A DNA stretch of 64,000 bases from Macrostomum lignano (taxonomy: Eukaryota): positions 1-64,000 of the forward strand of contig NIVC01002556.1 in the NCBI GenBank assembly GCA_002269645.1, read 5' to 3'. The notes below the pieces were generated by a model. That model was not told where the DNA came from, ran no database searches, and saw only the letters and a list, made by a program, of their open reading frames with translations. The translations under genes were made by a program, and so were the position numbers. Shown one piece after another: positions 49,700-62,205 of the stretch (within the stretch, counting starts at the first letter, position 1; the number at the start of each line of letters is the position of its first letter).

Positions 49700-52060
49700 A
49701 TTTTGTTTTTGGCGTAGATTTTCAGGAAAAATGTTAAAAGCCCCATTGCTTATAATTTGGTGTCTTACTTATCTGATAGATATCGCGATTTTACGTTCAA
49801 GTGGACTTTCTTGGAAATTTTTAGTCGCTCATTTATCAGGACCTCAGAAATTATTTACATAATTTTTGTATCAAAATTGTAAGTGCTTAATAGCTCAAAC
49901 AATGTAAATAAGCTTTGAAAAATGGCTTTGTGTATATTTAAATGGTTTTTTCGACCTATACTAGCTCCAGTGACCAGTTTTAGTGACTTTTTGACCCCTT
50001 TTCAATAAAGATTTGCCAAATATTAATTGATGCTTGCTCCATACTTGAACTTGTCTTCTCTCTCACAGCTATTCTTCTGGAAAAGTATAACAACTAGCTC
50101 TATTTATTTCTCAAGGTGGCAATGGCAATTACGATTTTTTTATACTATGCACCCTCACCCACAATGCCACAACCCACAGACATAGAAAAATATCCACCCT
50201 GATCTAGTGAGCCATTTCTCTCCTATCGAAATGGGCATCCCATCCCCCATGTGGCGAATGGTACTATGGTAGTAGTAGTAGTCTGCTTAACTGCTGTAGA
50301 ACTATAGGAACTATCTAAAGTGTGAAATTAAAAAAGTAAACATTTAAACATTAAATATTTATTTAATAATTAAATAAATCAAACAATTCTCCATAGCCAT
50401 GTGCGATGCTTAGTTGCATAACTTGCAGTTGCAATTGGAAAGAAATGGCTCAGTACCACTAGGTTGGGGTATAGGTATGGATCCAAAAAATTTTGAATGG
50501 GAGGCATAGATTACTAAGTTACATGTGTATGATATATGGATATATACACAATATGTATTTTCTATATAAAGATAAAAAATTCTAACTTGACAAGGGGGGT
50601 GCATACCCTGTGTGCCTCCTCCTTAAATCTATCATTGTCAGGGTAGATGCTTTTCAATGCCTATGAATATATATTCAATATTTGGTAGTCTTCTTAAATT
50701 TTAAATAGATACATTAGTTTTAGATTTGATATCATCATAATTTTATCTCTATTTGCATGTATCACTAATCAGGCCTAAGGGTTTTTATTGTATTGATTAT
50801 AAATTTAAGCTTTATTTTTAGATAGCTTCAATTTAACTATATCTATATATAGCTTAAAGTCAACCACTAGGGCTTAAGGGAGTTTTAGGGTAGGGAGATT
50901 CTATATAAAGCAATTGATTTTATATATAACTAAATATAAATAGATATAAGGTCTATTAAAGATTAAGTAGATAAATTCTCAGGTTAAGAGGATAGGCCTA
51001 ATAACAAACTAAAAGTTTAATGACCAATAACTAAGGCATAGGAAATAAGGGGTTTTTGCTTTTAGGGTAAGTTTTAGGGTTAGGGGTTTTAGCATTATCA
51101 ATAAGGGTATTTTTTGCAGTTTTTTATTTTATAAGGTATGTCATTTCGGATACCTTCTGATTGTCTAGCAAAAGTTCCAGAAAAATCAGAAAATTGAAAG
51201 CATTTTATATATCTAAAATTCAAAAAGGTCCACCTAGCTCACTTAGCCAATCTAGCTAGGTGATAGAGCTATGTTAAAAATCAATCAAACAAGCATAAAA
51301 AAATCATATGGCACTACAAACAAAGATGCAATATAGAAAAATAGAAAAATGATAAACTTATAAAATTAGCATTAGCTAAATAAAGTTTAAAATATCAACA
51401 TTGTGCATTTTTATATAATACATCTATTAGAATATTGGCATTGAAAGACTTTTAAATTCTAAGTTTATATTTCACATCTTAAAAGTATTAAAGTATATTA
51501 AATTTTATATAGCTTTACTTTTCTTACCTGTTTTACATATTGTATAGAACAATGCACTTATGAGCAACAACTTCTATGAGCTAAAATTTATAAAAGTATT
51601 CAGTATCAAAATATGTTTTAGATCATCAAATTGATCTGTTAAATATATCTTTTGAATTTTATCTATGTATGTATAATATATTTTTCTATGAAAATGCTAA
51701 ATATCTAAGACTAGAATTTTTTTGCAATGTAAGCTTTACTAGAAATACAATTAAAATATGACTACATTTTACTGTTTTGTGCTATTTTAAATAACTTATA
51801 TTTATTTCTAGTAGTTTCCTAGACACTATTCTGAATTAAGCTGAATAGCTAGTTGCTTGCTTTCAAAATACTTAAAATAGCACTTAATGATATTGTAGTT
51901 AAGTATGTTAACATGTTACAAGTATGCATGCAATACTTTAGCTCTATTTAATTATTTTGTATAAATAGTTGAACTATACCAATAGTAATTATTAACAACA
52001 TATATATATTAACATATATATTAACAGGTAATATGCCCACACATGAGGCACCAGCATACA
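49700..52060. other. Very AT-rich, CpG-depleted block, probably a decayed repeat
   Basis: Manual scan found one CpG (51147) between about 50410 and 52060. Confidence 0.6.
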
Positions 52061-52833
52061 TGCGCAACCCCCCTGGTTTACACCATGCGACTTCTTTTTG
52101 ACCAAAAATGCGACTTACCTGTGAAAGAAACCCTAAAGCAACATTGGGCAACATAGCAATTTTGGGTATACGGCAGGAGTAACTATGACTGTCCTATTAG
52201 GGCTAAATGCGTCGTCATCTAATTAGTACTACGTCTGTATTATTTGGGGTGGGCAGTTTTGCGACTCACCACTGGTCCACCACAATTTACGGTGGTCAGA
52301 TCGGCCAGGTCGGCCAGCAGTTGCACATGTATGACCCACCAGCCTCTTGCTTGCCAACTTGCTATTCAGCTTGCCCTATGGGAGACTCTGCTAGGGCTTC
52401 CAGCATTATTCTGATACTTTTCTTGCAGGCTTTGGGCCTTAGCTTTTACTTTTCAACTAGGCTAGGCTCAGCTGTTTTTCAGACATGCATGTAAATTTGT
52501 AATTAGATCTAACTCTCTTGAATTTGTTGCAGAAAGCAATTAAGTGTTCATTTTTATATGCAGAAAATAAAAAATCTTTTTGCTCAGTTACTATCTTGCA
52601 TTTCAACTAGACTTCATTTTGCTCATTGCAGCTCAATTTCTGCTGGGCTTGAGACGGATCGCTGTTGATATATTCACCTTTCACTGGTTTTCCTACTCAT
52701 TAAGGAAAGTGACAAAGCCCGGCTTACTTGGGATCACTTCTGTCCTGATCCCAAACACTCACAGCCTCTCTTCACCTGCTTCATGCAGCCAATCCGAAGC
52801 CCGCGAATTCTGTCACCATCACCGGCACCCTTA

Positions 52834-54695
52834 ATGGCCCCCAGCTTTCGTGATGAGGCCGCGCACGTTGCTGGATGGTTCGGCAATCTGAGTGGCCCAG
52901 AACAGGTAAGATTAACAGTGAATCATCCCAATTCCCAGGTGTCAGTGATTGCCAGTCCATCCCAATTACCAGGTGTCAGTGATTGCCAGTCCATCCCAAT
53001 TCCCAGGTGTCAGTGATTGCCAGTCCATCCCAATTCCAGGTGTCAGTGAATACCAGTCCATCCCAATTCCCAGGTGTCAGTGAATGCCAGTCCATCCCAA
53101 TTCCCAGGTGTCAGTGAATGCCAGTCCATCCCAATTCCCAGGTGTCAGTGCTGGCCTGCCTGCTGCGCCATCTGCGGCCGCTGTATTCGGGTCTGGCTGC
53201 GGGCATCGCAGAGGCGGCCCAGTCGGGCGGGCAGCTTCATTTCGCCGAGCTGGAGTTCCGCGCCAACAGCGCCTGCGCTATGCAGGACCTGCTGGCCTCC
53301 TCGGCGGATTCGGCGGAGTCGGCGGCCAGGGAGATGCTGTCGCTGCTGCCTCTGCTGCAGGCCGGCAGCGAGGCGGCCCAGGCTCATGCCAGCCTGATGG
53401 AGCGAATTCTGCACTGCGACCGCACGGACGAGGCCATCCGCCGCAGCCTGGCCAGCCTTGCCCTACTGCACCCGGCGTTCACCGGACCGGAGCGGGCCCG
53501 GTTCGCACAGGCCCTTCGCTCTCATCCTCCATCGCAGCCGCACCAGCAGTTCAGCCTGCTGTCGCCGGGTGGAGGCGCTGGCCAGCAGCAGCTGTGCCCT
53601 AACCGCCTGTCGCCCAACTGCAGTAGCGGGTTCGCTAGCGCCGAGCACAGCCCCCTCTCTCCGATCGGGATTCCGACTGCAACAGCTGCAGTGGCCACCG
53701 CCGATGCTTCATCCGAGGAGGCGTCGAGTGCCTGCAGCATCTCCAGCTGGCGTGCCGGTATGCGAGAGGTGCCCGCCTGGCTGAAGAGCCTGCGGCTACA
53801 CAAGTACGCTCACCTGTTCCAGGCAATGACCTACTCAGACATGCTGCGGGTCAGCGAAGACTGGCTGGAGGCCCGTCTGGTCACAAAGGGTGCCAGGAAT
53901 AAAATCCTGCTCAGCTTGCGCCGACTGCGGGATCGCCAGCTGCTGCTACAGGCCTGTGACCAGGTCCTGGCGTCTGCGGAGGCCGGGCAGGGCGCGCTGA
54001 GCGGCTGCCAGATGCGCTCCCTGCTAGCCGACCTGCGGGGCGCCATCGCAGCTCCGGTTGACCCGGAGTCCGACCTGCCCGACTTGCTGGTGGCCTGCCT
54101 GCACCGGGTCTGCTCCCAGTTGCTGCTCACCCGCTACAAGGACGACATCTACGCCGCCTTCGCCGGCCTGCTAGACACCGTGGCCGGTCACTCTGGCTTC
54201 TGCCAGCGTCAAAAGTCGCTTTGCGCCTCCTGGAAGCCGCAGTTGGCCGCCGTGCGAGGCGGGCCCGCTCCCCGCTTCGCTCGCTCCGCTGCCGCCGCTG
54301 CTGCAGCTGCTGCCAGCGCGGTGGCCGTCGTGGCATCGGCCTCTGCCGGGCCACCTCCGCCGCAGTGGTCGCAGTTCCCGCCACAGAAATCTGCTGCAGC
54401 GGCGCCCGCCGGCGCAGGTCAGGTGCAGAGCCTGCCGCTGCCGCTGCCGCACACGGGCAAGTGGTACCAGCAGCAGGAGCAGCAGCAGCAGCTCACGATG
54501 AAGCATAACTCATTCGCTGGCGTGGGTGCCGCCCCTTCGCCGCAGTCGCTGCTGCCACCAGCTGAGCAGCCGAGACGGCCGGTCGAGCGGACGCACTCGG
54601 CACCGCCAAACCAGCGCGAGATGGAGCTGGCTATCGACACCGACCTGGAGCAGCTGGCCAGGCAGGTCACCGAAGCTGCTCTTGATGCAGAGTAG
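52834..54695 (+). CDS. smg: Smaug/SAMD4 RNA-binding translational repressor; exons 52834-52905 and 53142-54695; 541 aa
   Basis: FRDEAAHVAGWFGNLSGPEQ|VSVLACLL resembles the SAMD4 N-terminus; SAM domain GMREVPAWLKSLRLHKYAHLF...VTKGARNKI. Confidence 0.93.
52921..53150 (+). repeat. 34-bp tandem repeat filling the Smaug intron and duplicating its acceptor junction
   Basis: GTGTCAGTG starts at 52939, 52973, 53007, 53040, 53074, 53108 and 53142, each preceded by CCAG. Confidence 0.95.
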
Positions 54696-54786
54696 GCGGA
54701 TGCTGCTCTGTTTAACTGTTGCTAAGGCATTGGGAGCGCTCGTTTTCGATGTTATGAAATGCATAATTCGGTCATTAATTAGTTTG

Positions 54787-55520
54787 GCTGTCACCGGTTC
54801 CCCAATCCCCAACTTCTGCTGTCACCGATTCCCCAATCTCCAACTTCTGCTGCCACCGGTTCCCCAATCCCCAACTTCTGCTGTCACCGGTTCCCCAATC
54901 CCCAACTTCTGCTGTCACCGGTTCCCCAATCCCCAACTTCTGCTGTCACCGGTTCCCCAATCCCCAACTTCTGCTGTCACCGTATCCCCAATCCCCAACT
55001 TCTGCTGTCACCGATTTCCCAATCCCCAACTTCTGCTGTCACCGGTTCCCCAATCCCCAACTTCTGCTGTCACCGGTTCCCCATCCTCAACTTCTGCTGT
55101 CACCGATTTCCCAATCCCCAACTTTTGCTGTCACCGGTTCCCCAATCCCCAACTTCTGCTGTCACCGGTTCCCCAATCCCCAACTTCTGCTGTCACTGAT
55201 TCCCCAATCTCCAACTTCTGCTGTCACCGGTCCACCCCCCAATCCCCAACTTCTGCTGTCACCGGTTCCCCAATCCCCAACTTCTGCTGTCACCGGTTCC
55301 CCAATCCCCAACTTCTGCTGTCACCGGTTCCCCAATCCCCAACTTCTGCTGTCACCGGTTCCCCAATCCCCAACTTCTGCTGTCACCGGTTCCCCAATCC
55401 CCAACTTCTGCTGTCACCGTATCCCCAATCCCCAACTTCTGCTGTCACCGGTCCACCCCCCCCCAATCCCCAACTTCTGCTGTCACCGGTTCCCCAATCC
55501 CCAACTTCTGCTGTCACCGT
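54787..55520 (+). repeat. 31-bp minisatellite (about 23 copies) 92 bp after the Smaug stop codon
   Basis: GCTGTCACCGGTTCCCCAATCCCCAACTTCT. Confidence 0.95.
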
Positions 55521-56924
55521 ATCCAGAACCACAGGCTACGCTGTTCCCCGATTCCCAGCTAAGGCCCGAACTCGATGCCAGCAGCGTGATTGCCGGGTAT
55601 TTCAATATTTTCAGTCGCAATTTTTAAGTCTCAAATTTGAATTTGGCCCGAAAATTTTAACCTCTGCTTTTACATGCCGAGTTACTGCTGTCTGAATCGT
55701 GGCTTTGGATTATTGAGTCCTATATTATTAATATATTTTGGGAGACATACGAGTATCATGCCATTCCACACTTATTTACTCGTACACAAAATATTATACA
55801 TAATTGTTGTAGCAATTTCATTGACTCTTGACTACTGAAAATGTTTGAATATAACCCAAGATCTGTCTGCGTTCAGGAAATACAGGTATTTGTTATGAGC
55901 TCTGCTTGTTGGCTTTGCCGCTCCTGCTGCCGGTCTTTGTTCGATTCCAGATTGGAGTAGTGCGGCTCGCTTATTTTTCTGCGTCAGTGTCCTGTCTGCT
56001 CGAGCTTGCTCTTCTGCCTCCAGCCATGCTGTAAATTTCCATGCTTTTAACCCTCGGCCTTGCTTGAGAGAATGCTTTGGCTGTTGGGGGCTTGGCCCAA
56101 TGTAGCCCCATCTGGCATGGGGACTGACCTCTGGCCTCCCATCCGGTTCCTGATCTCAGGCACCTCCAGATGAGGCTGCGTCTGCGGTCCTGGCTTTCAC
56201 TTGCGCTTTTCGGTCGATGATCCGTGGTCAGTCAGTCAGTCTTATTACATTATGCTGTTTATTGCTATGTAGCCATATGATTAAAGCTTATAATAGTAAA
56301 CTTGTGCTCAAACTGTTGAGTGCGACTCGCAAATGCATATTTTGTGCTTCTCTTTGCATCCGAAATAAACCGCGCTCGCTCAGCCGAGGTGTCTGCGCAG
56401 ACTGGCTCTGCCGCTCGCTTGTCCGCCGCGAATCTCTACTCAAACTCGAGCCGGTCTTTGCAATAGAGTCGTAAAATTTCATTTGGTTTAATAGCCAAAC
56501 GGAGTTCAACCAATCTTATCAGCGATGCAATCAAGGACCACTGGCGGGCGAATTCAAGCAAAATAATAATTCTTTCTACAGCACTACAATTAATTCATTT
56601 TAAAGTGATTTTTCTCAACAAATGGCTTCTTTTCAGCCCTAGCAACTGTCAGATGCGAAACAAACTTGATGCAATGCATCCCATTTTATAAAAAAAACTG
56701 CAAAACAAAGTTAAATACTACTTGTTGCAGGTCTCCAATGGTATTTTCTAAATTTGACATGGGAAATGCTATAAATTAACCACCTCGTACACTCGTACAA
56801 AACAGCTCTATAAGCATTTAGGCAGTTAAGGCAACTGATTGCAAAACTTATAGCTAGTGCATTTCGAAGCGAAATTAGACCTTCCAATGAAGCCCCGCGA
56901 ATTCGGAGTCCTTTAAGACAGTGA

Positions 56925-57873
56925 CCAGAATGTACGCGACCGGCAAGCACAGCCACACTTTAAACCCCCCCCCCACCTCTGTCTAGCTGAGGTGGGGTGG
57001 GTGCACTACCAGACTAGCCGGCTCGCTAATCCGAGGTTGGCGAAGTTTATCATGCTACCTTTTCGCACCTCCCTAGGCCCCTCAGCCTAGGCATCTATTG
57101 AACTCAAAAGCCTTCCGCCTCATTGTCATTGGTGAGCTCGACGCCCAGCGCGGAACGCCCTGGTCAGCTCTGTGCGGTCCTGGCAGCCAACCCACCTTGG
57201 CCGACAGCAGCACGGCAGCCCAGCAGCCACGGCAGTAACCCGCAGCACAAATCGGCTCAGTCAGCCCGCCCCCCGTAGCTCCTGGGGTTTCGCCTTTTGG
57301 CCCCCGCGTTGGACCAACCACCGCCACGCTGCAGCTCATTCTACGAGCTACATGTAGGTTAGAACCGCTGTTGCTAGCCTAACGTCCCCAGCCTCTGTGC
57401 AGGAGAATCGACCCGGCTCACGGTGGCAACTGACTGTCGACTGCCGCGCCCCGGCTGCATGTGTTCTGCGCCCTGCTGCCTTCGGCGCCCGCCTCGCGCC
57501 CCTGCCGCCTTGTTGCCCCTGCTGCTTTCGGCGCCCGCCTCGATCCCCTGCCGCCTTCGGCGCCCGGCTGACTTCGTCGCCCGCTCCTCAGCACTCTCGC
57601 TGCCTCGACTATCACCCGACGTTCGGGCCTAGCTCGGTGCTGGGAGGAGCTGTGTGGCGGCCAGAATGTACGCGACCGGCAAGCACCAGTGCAGCCACAC
57701 TTGAAACCCCTCAACCTCTGTCTAGCTCTGTCTAGAATACCAGACTAGCCGGCCGGCCACCCTTTTGCACCTCCATCTCAATCTCGCGCTGTTTGTAAAT
57801 ATAATTATACGCGCACAGCAGCACAAAATGTTTGCTGCCATTTCATCTATTGAACTTAAAGGCCTTCCGCCTC
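56925..57873 (+). repeat. Diverged direct repeats of about 200 bp (56925-57121, 57661-57873) flanking a GC-rich core
   Basis: Shared blocks CCAGAATGTACGCGACCGGCAAGCAC, CTCTGTCTAGCT, ACCAGACTAGCCGGC and CATCTATTGAACT...GCCTTCCGCCTCA. Confidence 0.65.
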
Positions 57874-58324
57874 AGGTCCTTGGTTAGCATGAACTTCACA
57901 GCAAAAAAATGATTAATTTTACCGGTTATTAACGAATGAGCCATTATTGATTCTTTCTTATAAAAACGTGGGGTCGATCAAGTGATGCATTTATTGTAAA
58001 TTTATTAAAGCAAAATTGATTACACCAATCTGGAGTATCACAGCGCATTGAAAATCTAAAACTCGGAAAGAAGCGAATTCACATAAAAACTTATATTACA
58101 ATCAATACTTTTGTGAAAGACGAGAAATTTGATTTACAACGAAGGCAAAAATTAGTTTTGCGTTGTGAATTAAAATTGATGCTGAATATCAGATAGCGCG
58201 CAGATAAACATTTGGTTCATAGGAAACCGCCCAAGTAATCAAAATGGTACACAATTTCCCCGAGTCGGCTAACCGTTGGCTAGCAGGTGCCAGAATGCAG
58301 AACTGAACTCGCACGAGTCACGGC

Positions 58325-61316
58325 TCAGTCAGTCACCGTGAGCAGCCATTTGTGACTCCTGTTTGAGAAATTGTTGTTGCGAGTGCAGATGAACTTGAAC
58401 TGCCCGGCCCGGTCCAGTCGGATGAGGAGGCCCGGAAAGCTGGCCGGCGCGGCGTTCAGCTCCGGGTCCAGCGGCGTCTTCGCCTCTTCGCTGTCAGCGC
58501 CACAGGCAGCCTTAGCAAAACAGCGATAGTAGCCAGCCGAGGCCAGCGCCAGGCCGAAGTCCCGCGGCGCCAGCCCGTCCAGCTGGCCGTGCCACGCCCA
58601 CACAGCGCGGCCGGCACCGTCGTTGAGGAAGCCGGACGCCTCCCAGGGCAGCGGCAGGTTGTCGTTTGCGTGGCCGGCCTCTGCCAGGTTGCTGCGGTCC
58701 GTCCCGCCGGCCCCGGCGCCGTCATCGCCGGCTTGGCCGTCACCGGCTGGGGCGCCGTTGTTGTGCGAGTTCGAGCCCGACCACTGCAGGAACAGGTGAT
58801 CGCCGACCCGGGCCGACAGCCGCGTTGGCGTAAAGTCGTACTCCACTGCCGGGTACACCTGCACTATGTTGCCTGTGGATGAGATGGATTGGTGCACCTG
58901 CACTGTTGCCTGTGGATGAGATGGATTGGTGCACCTGCACTGTTGCCTGTAGATGAGATGAACTGGTGGACCTGCACTGTTGCCTGTAGATAGGGATGAA
59001 CTGGTGCACCTGCACTCACCTCGCTTGCCGCGAACCCCGACATGGTGCAGATTGCTGGCCACAGGCACCGGCACCCGATGCAGCTGGAAGACGTGGCTGC
59101 GGTCCTGAAACACCCGACCAACTTGGTTGCTGTTGACCGCCAGCTGCAGGCCGGGCTGCACAAGTGGATTCTGACGGATTAGCTGCTCCGAGTCCGAGGA
59201 GGTCAGATTGTAGCGCAGCCGCAGGACGCAGCGCTGAGCGTCGCCGGATGGAAAGTTGGGCAGCTGCCAGTCGTAGGCCACGGGGCCGCCGCCCAGCTTG
59301 TCTCCCAGGTGGTTGTCGCGGGTTGTCGGAGCCAGGCGGCAGTCCAGGGGCGGCGGCGGCACCAGACAGGCCGGCTGCAGGCTCGAAAGGCGGTGCCGAT
59401 GCGGCACGGCCCAGCGGTAGCCGCGGGCTGAGCAGGCGGCCTCGTTGTCTATGGCCGAAGCTACCTGGTGGGGGCGAGTTCTGAGCACGTAGAGATACGT
59501 GACGTACAAATGGGTGGGCCCCGAATAATAATATGGACAAGACTGGGCAAGTTTTAAGTCAGCAGCATTCAAGACCATCGAGATGTTTAGCGACTGCATT
59601 CAGCTCGGGAAAAGTCTGACTATTAAGAGTTCTTGAGTGATTCGCTTGGCAGTTAGTGTTGCAGTCAATAAAGAAATCGATTGTGTCTATAAAAAAACCC
59701 ACCAGCTCACCTCCAGGTAGGGGTAGAAGGCCACAAAGCGGCCGCCGTTTTTGGCGCAGTCGAACTCGTTGTTCTCCGGCACCGCCCAGAGCCGCCGGCC
59801 GCTGTCCGCAGCGAAGGTCCGCACGCAGGCATGGGTTGGCGCGGCCGAGGCGGCCACGAGCGCAGGACACTCGGCCAGATTGTCAGTGAGGACGGCCACG
59901 TCCAGCCAGGGCGTCGGGTGCCAGTAGGGATAATAATCCCGCTCCTCGGGACACTCGTAGCCGCGCCTGGTACCTGCGGGGTTCTGCCTGGTGTAGACGG
60001 CGCTGCCGCCCCGAAGTCGCTGGTCCGCGGTGAACAGGCCGCGGTTCCGCTCCCGAGCGTTACAGGCGTCGTACCTGGTTCCAGCGCGCGAGTTTTGAGA
60101 TTAAAGGCTAATTAGAAGCAATTCATTGCACTTGAATTTTCTGCGCGAACAGCCTAGGCAACTCAAAGCATTTAACGCCGCATCACCCTAGACAACTCAA
60201 CGGTTATCACAAAAATCAGACAGTGAATACAGAGCCCACTTTGGTCCCTCCACAAATCTAGGTCTCTCAGGACACCAAAGACCAAAATGTCAGTTTGTGG
60301 ACACCACAGACCAAAATGTCAGTTTGTGGATACCACAGACCAAAATGTCAGTTTGTGGACACCACAGACCAAAATGTCAGTTTGTGGACACCACAGACCA
60401 AAATGTCAGTTTGTGGATACCACAGACCAAAATGTCAGTTTGTGGACACCACAGACCAAAATGTCAGTTTGTGGACACCACAGACCAAAATGTCAGTTTG
60501 TGGACACCACAGACCAAAATGTCAGTTTGTGGACAACACAGACCAAAATGTCAGTTAGTGGACAACACAGACCAAAATGTCAGTTAGTGGACAACACAGA
60601 CCAAAATGTCAGTTTGTGGACACCACAGACCAAAATGTCAGTTTGTGGACACCACAGACCAAAATGTCAGTTTGTGGACACCACAGACCAAAATGTCAGT
60701 TTGTGGATACCACAGACCAAAATGTCAGTTTGTGGACAACACAGACCAAAATGTCAGTTTGTGGACACCACAGACCAAAATGTCAGTTAGTGGACGCGGC
60801 AGGCTTATCGCTAGTTCCTCACCACTCGAAAGGCTCGTGCAGGCCTCGTTGAGCGGTGGCGGAGGCCGCCTTCCTGGCCAAAAAGCTGTCCACGGTCTCG
60901 TCGAGCGGCTTGGCAGCTGCCTGAAACCCCTGCGTTTGTGTGGAGTTGCCGTTCCGCAGCGTGTCGAGGCCGGCGCCCGCCAGCGGCTGGCACATGGCCT
61001 GCACCACCACCCGGCAGCCCTGCCGCCCGTCCCTGCATCCGTGCTGCATCGTCCACTCCACAGAGAGGCGGCTGGCGCCGCCGGACCCGTAGAAATATTT
61101 CTCGTCGAACTGCTGAGCACCGAATTCGCCAACATTGTAGCCGCCCCTGTTGTTGTTCTGCGAGTCGAATAGGCGATTAGCGTTGGTCCGCGCCGCCGAT
61201 GTCTCGTTCAGGCGGTTGTTGGAGCCACGCGGATAGTGCAGGTAAATATCCGCCTGGCAACCGGCTAGCAACAGCCCGGCAACTGTTGCTAAGGTGAGCA
61301 GAAAGCGCCCTTGCAT
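58325..61316 (-). CDS. DD3-3-like secreted protein; exons 61316-60823, 60075-59711, 59464-59020, 58872-58325; one extra base near 60060 shifts exon 2
   Basis: Signal peptide then DIYLHYPRGSNNRL, DSQNNNRGGY, EWTMQHGC, RERNRGLFTADQ, GYECPEERDYYPYWHPTPWLD, VGRVFQDRSH, GKRGNIVQVYPAVEYDF, GDGQAG, DRSN, CTRNNNFSNRSHK. Confidence 0.88.
58861..59016 (-). repeat. 37-bp tandem repeat filling DD3-3 intron 3 (58873-59019) and duplicating its acceptor junction
   Basis: Minus-strand units GCAACAGTGCAGGTGCACCAATCCATCTCATCCACAG; the exon starts GCAACATAGTGCAGGTGTACC. Confidence 0.92.
60270..60795 (+). repeat. 29-bp intronic minisatellite, about 18 copies
   Basis: GTGGACACCACAGACCAAAATGTCAGTTT. Confidence 0.95.
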
Positions 61317-62205
61317 GCTGACAGGACAGTGTGAAGCAACCAGCTGAAGCAGAAATTTACACCAGTCAATGAAATAGTCAAAGAAAAATTATCTCCAAGC
61401 AACACCAAAAGACTGGCTGATTTTTGATGTTCTTATGAAGCGTTGGGATCACTTCTTGCTGCTGGGTGAAGCAACCTTTTAGGGTGCAACGACAATGTTG
61501 GGGTGGGGAATGTTGGGAGGCTGTGTGGGGGGCAATGTTGGGAGGCAGTGTGGAGGGATGTGGGGGAGGGCATTGTGGGGAAAATGTGGGGGAGGCAAAA
61601 TTGGGAAGTAGTGTGGGGGGCAGTGTGAGGGAAGGTCAATGTGGGAGGGGGTAAGATCGAGGGGGCAATCAATCCTCGAGATGTATGCTCATAATGCGCA
61701 TGGTCTAACCAAACCGTCTTTTGCGCAACAAAAGAGCAACCACAAAGGTGCTGTTATTGCGTAAACATGAAAGTTGAGCAAAAATGTTACGCAAAAAAAT
61801 TCCTACCGGTTTCGTATTTATTTGCCTAACAGTGGCTATTCCTGGAGCAATTTAGGGCTATAAAATTAATTAACTGGTAAAGCGCGCGGTGACTGCAGGG
61901 CCATGGGGAATGAGAATTTATTCGAAAACCGAGGCGAAGGGGTTTGCAGCAAAACTGGGAGGGTGGAGGTCGGGCACAGTAGAGAAATGCCGCTAGCGGC
62001 GATCTGCTTGGCCAGAAAATGTACTTTAAAATAGTTTGGGAGCCGCTGCCAAGCGGAGGGAGATAACAGGCTCTGAGCAGGTCAGGGCGCCGCTGGATAG
62101 CTAGGGACTGCACAGAGCAGGCATGAACACGGAGCAAGTGCTGAACAGAAAGAGATAAAGAGATAGCAACAAGCGCTGTTCTGGAGTCACATTGCAGCAC
62201 TGCGC

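Noticed and set aside
54787-55520. Possible Smaug autoregulation through CNGGN (CCGGT) motifs repeated in its putative 3' UTR, and the 389-aa ORF 54526-55695
   Set aside because: A Smaug recognition element needs the CNGGN loop on a stem, and the flanks here (TGTCA/TCCCC) do not pair; the ORF is just the repeat translated.
58325-59599. 424-aa single ORF as the DD3-3 protein
   Set aside because: It reads through upstream intron sequence and the 147-nt in-frame intron; the conserved GKRGNIVQ motif is only restored by splicing.
60287-60852. Repetitive ORFs (MSVCGHHRPK...)
   Set aside because: Translations of the 29-bp intronic minisatellite on the antisense strand of DD3-3.
61480-61670. G/T-rich tract with G-runs (possible G-quadruplex) upstream of DD3-3
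   Set aside because: Low-complexity degenerate sequence with no further support for function.
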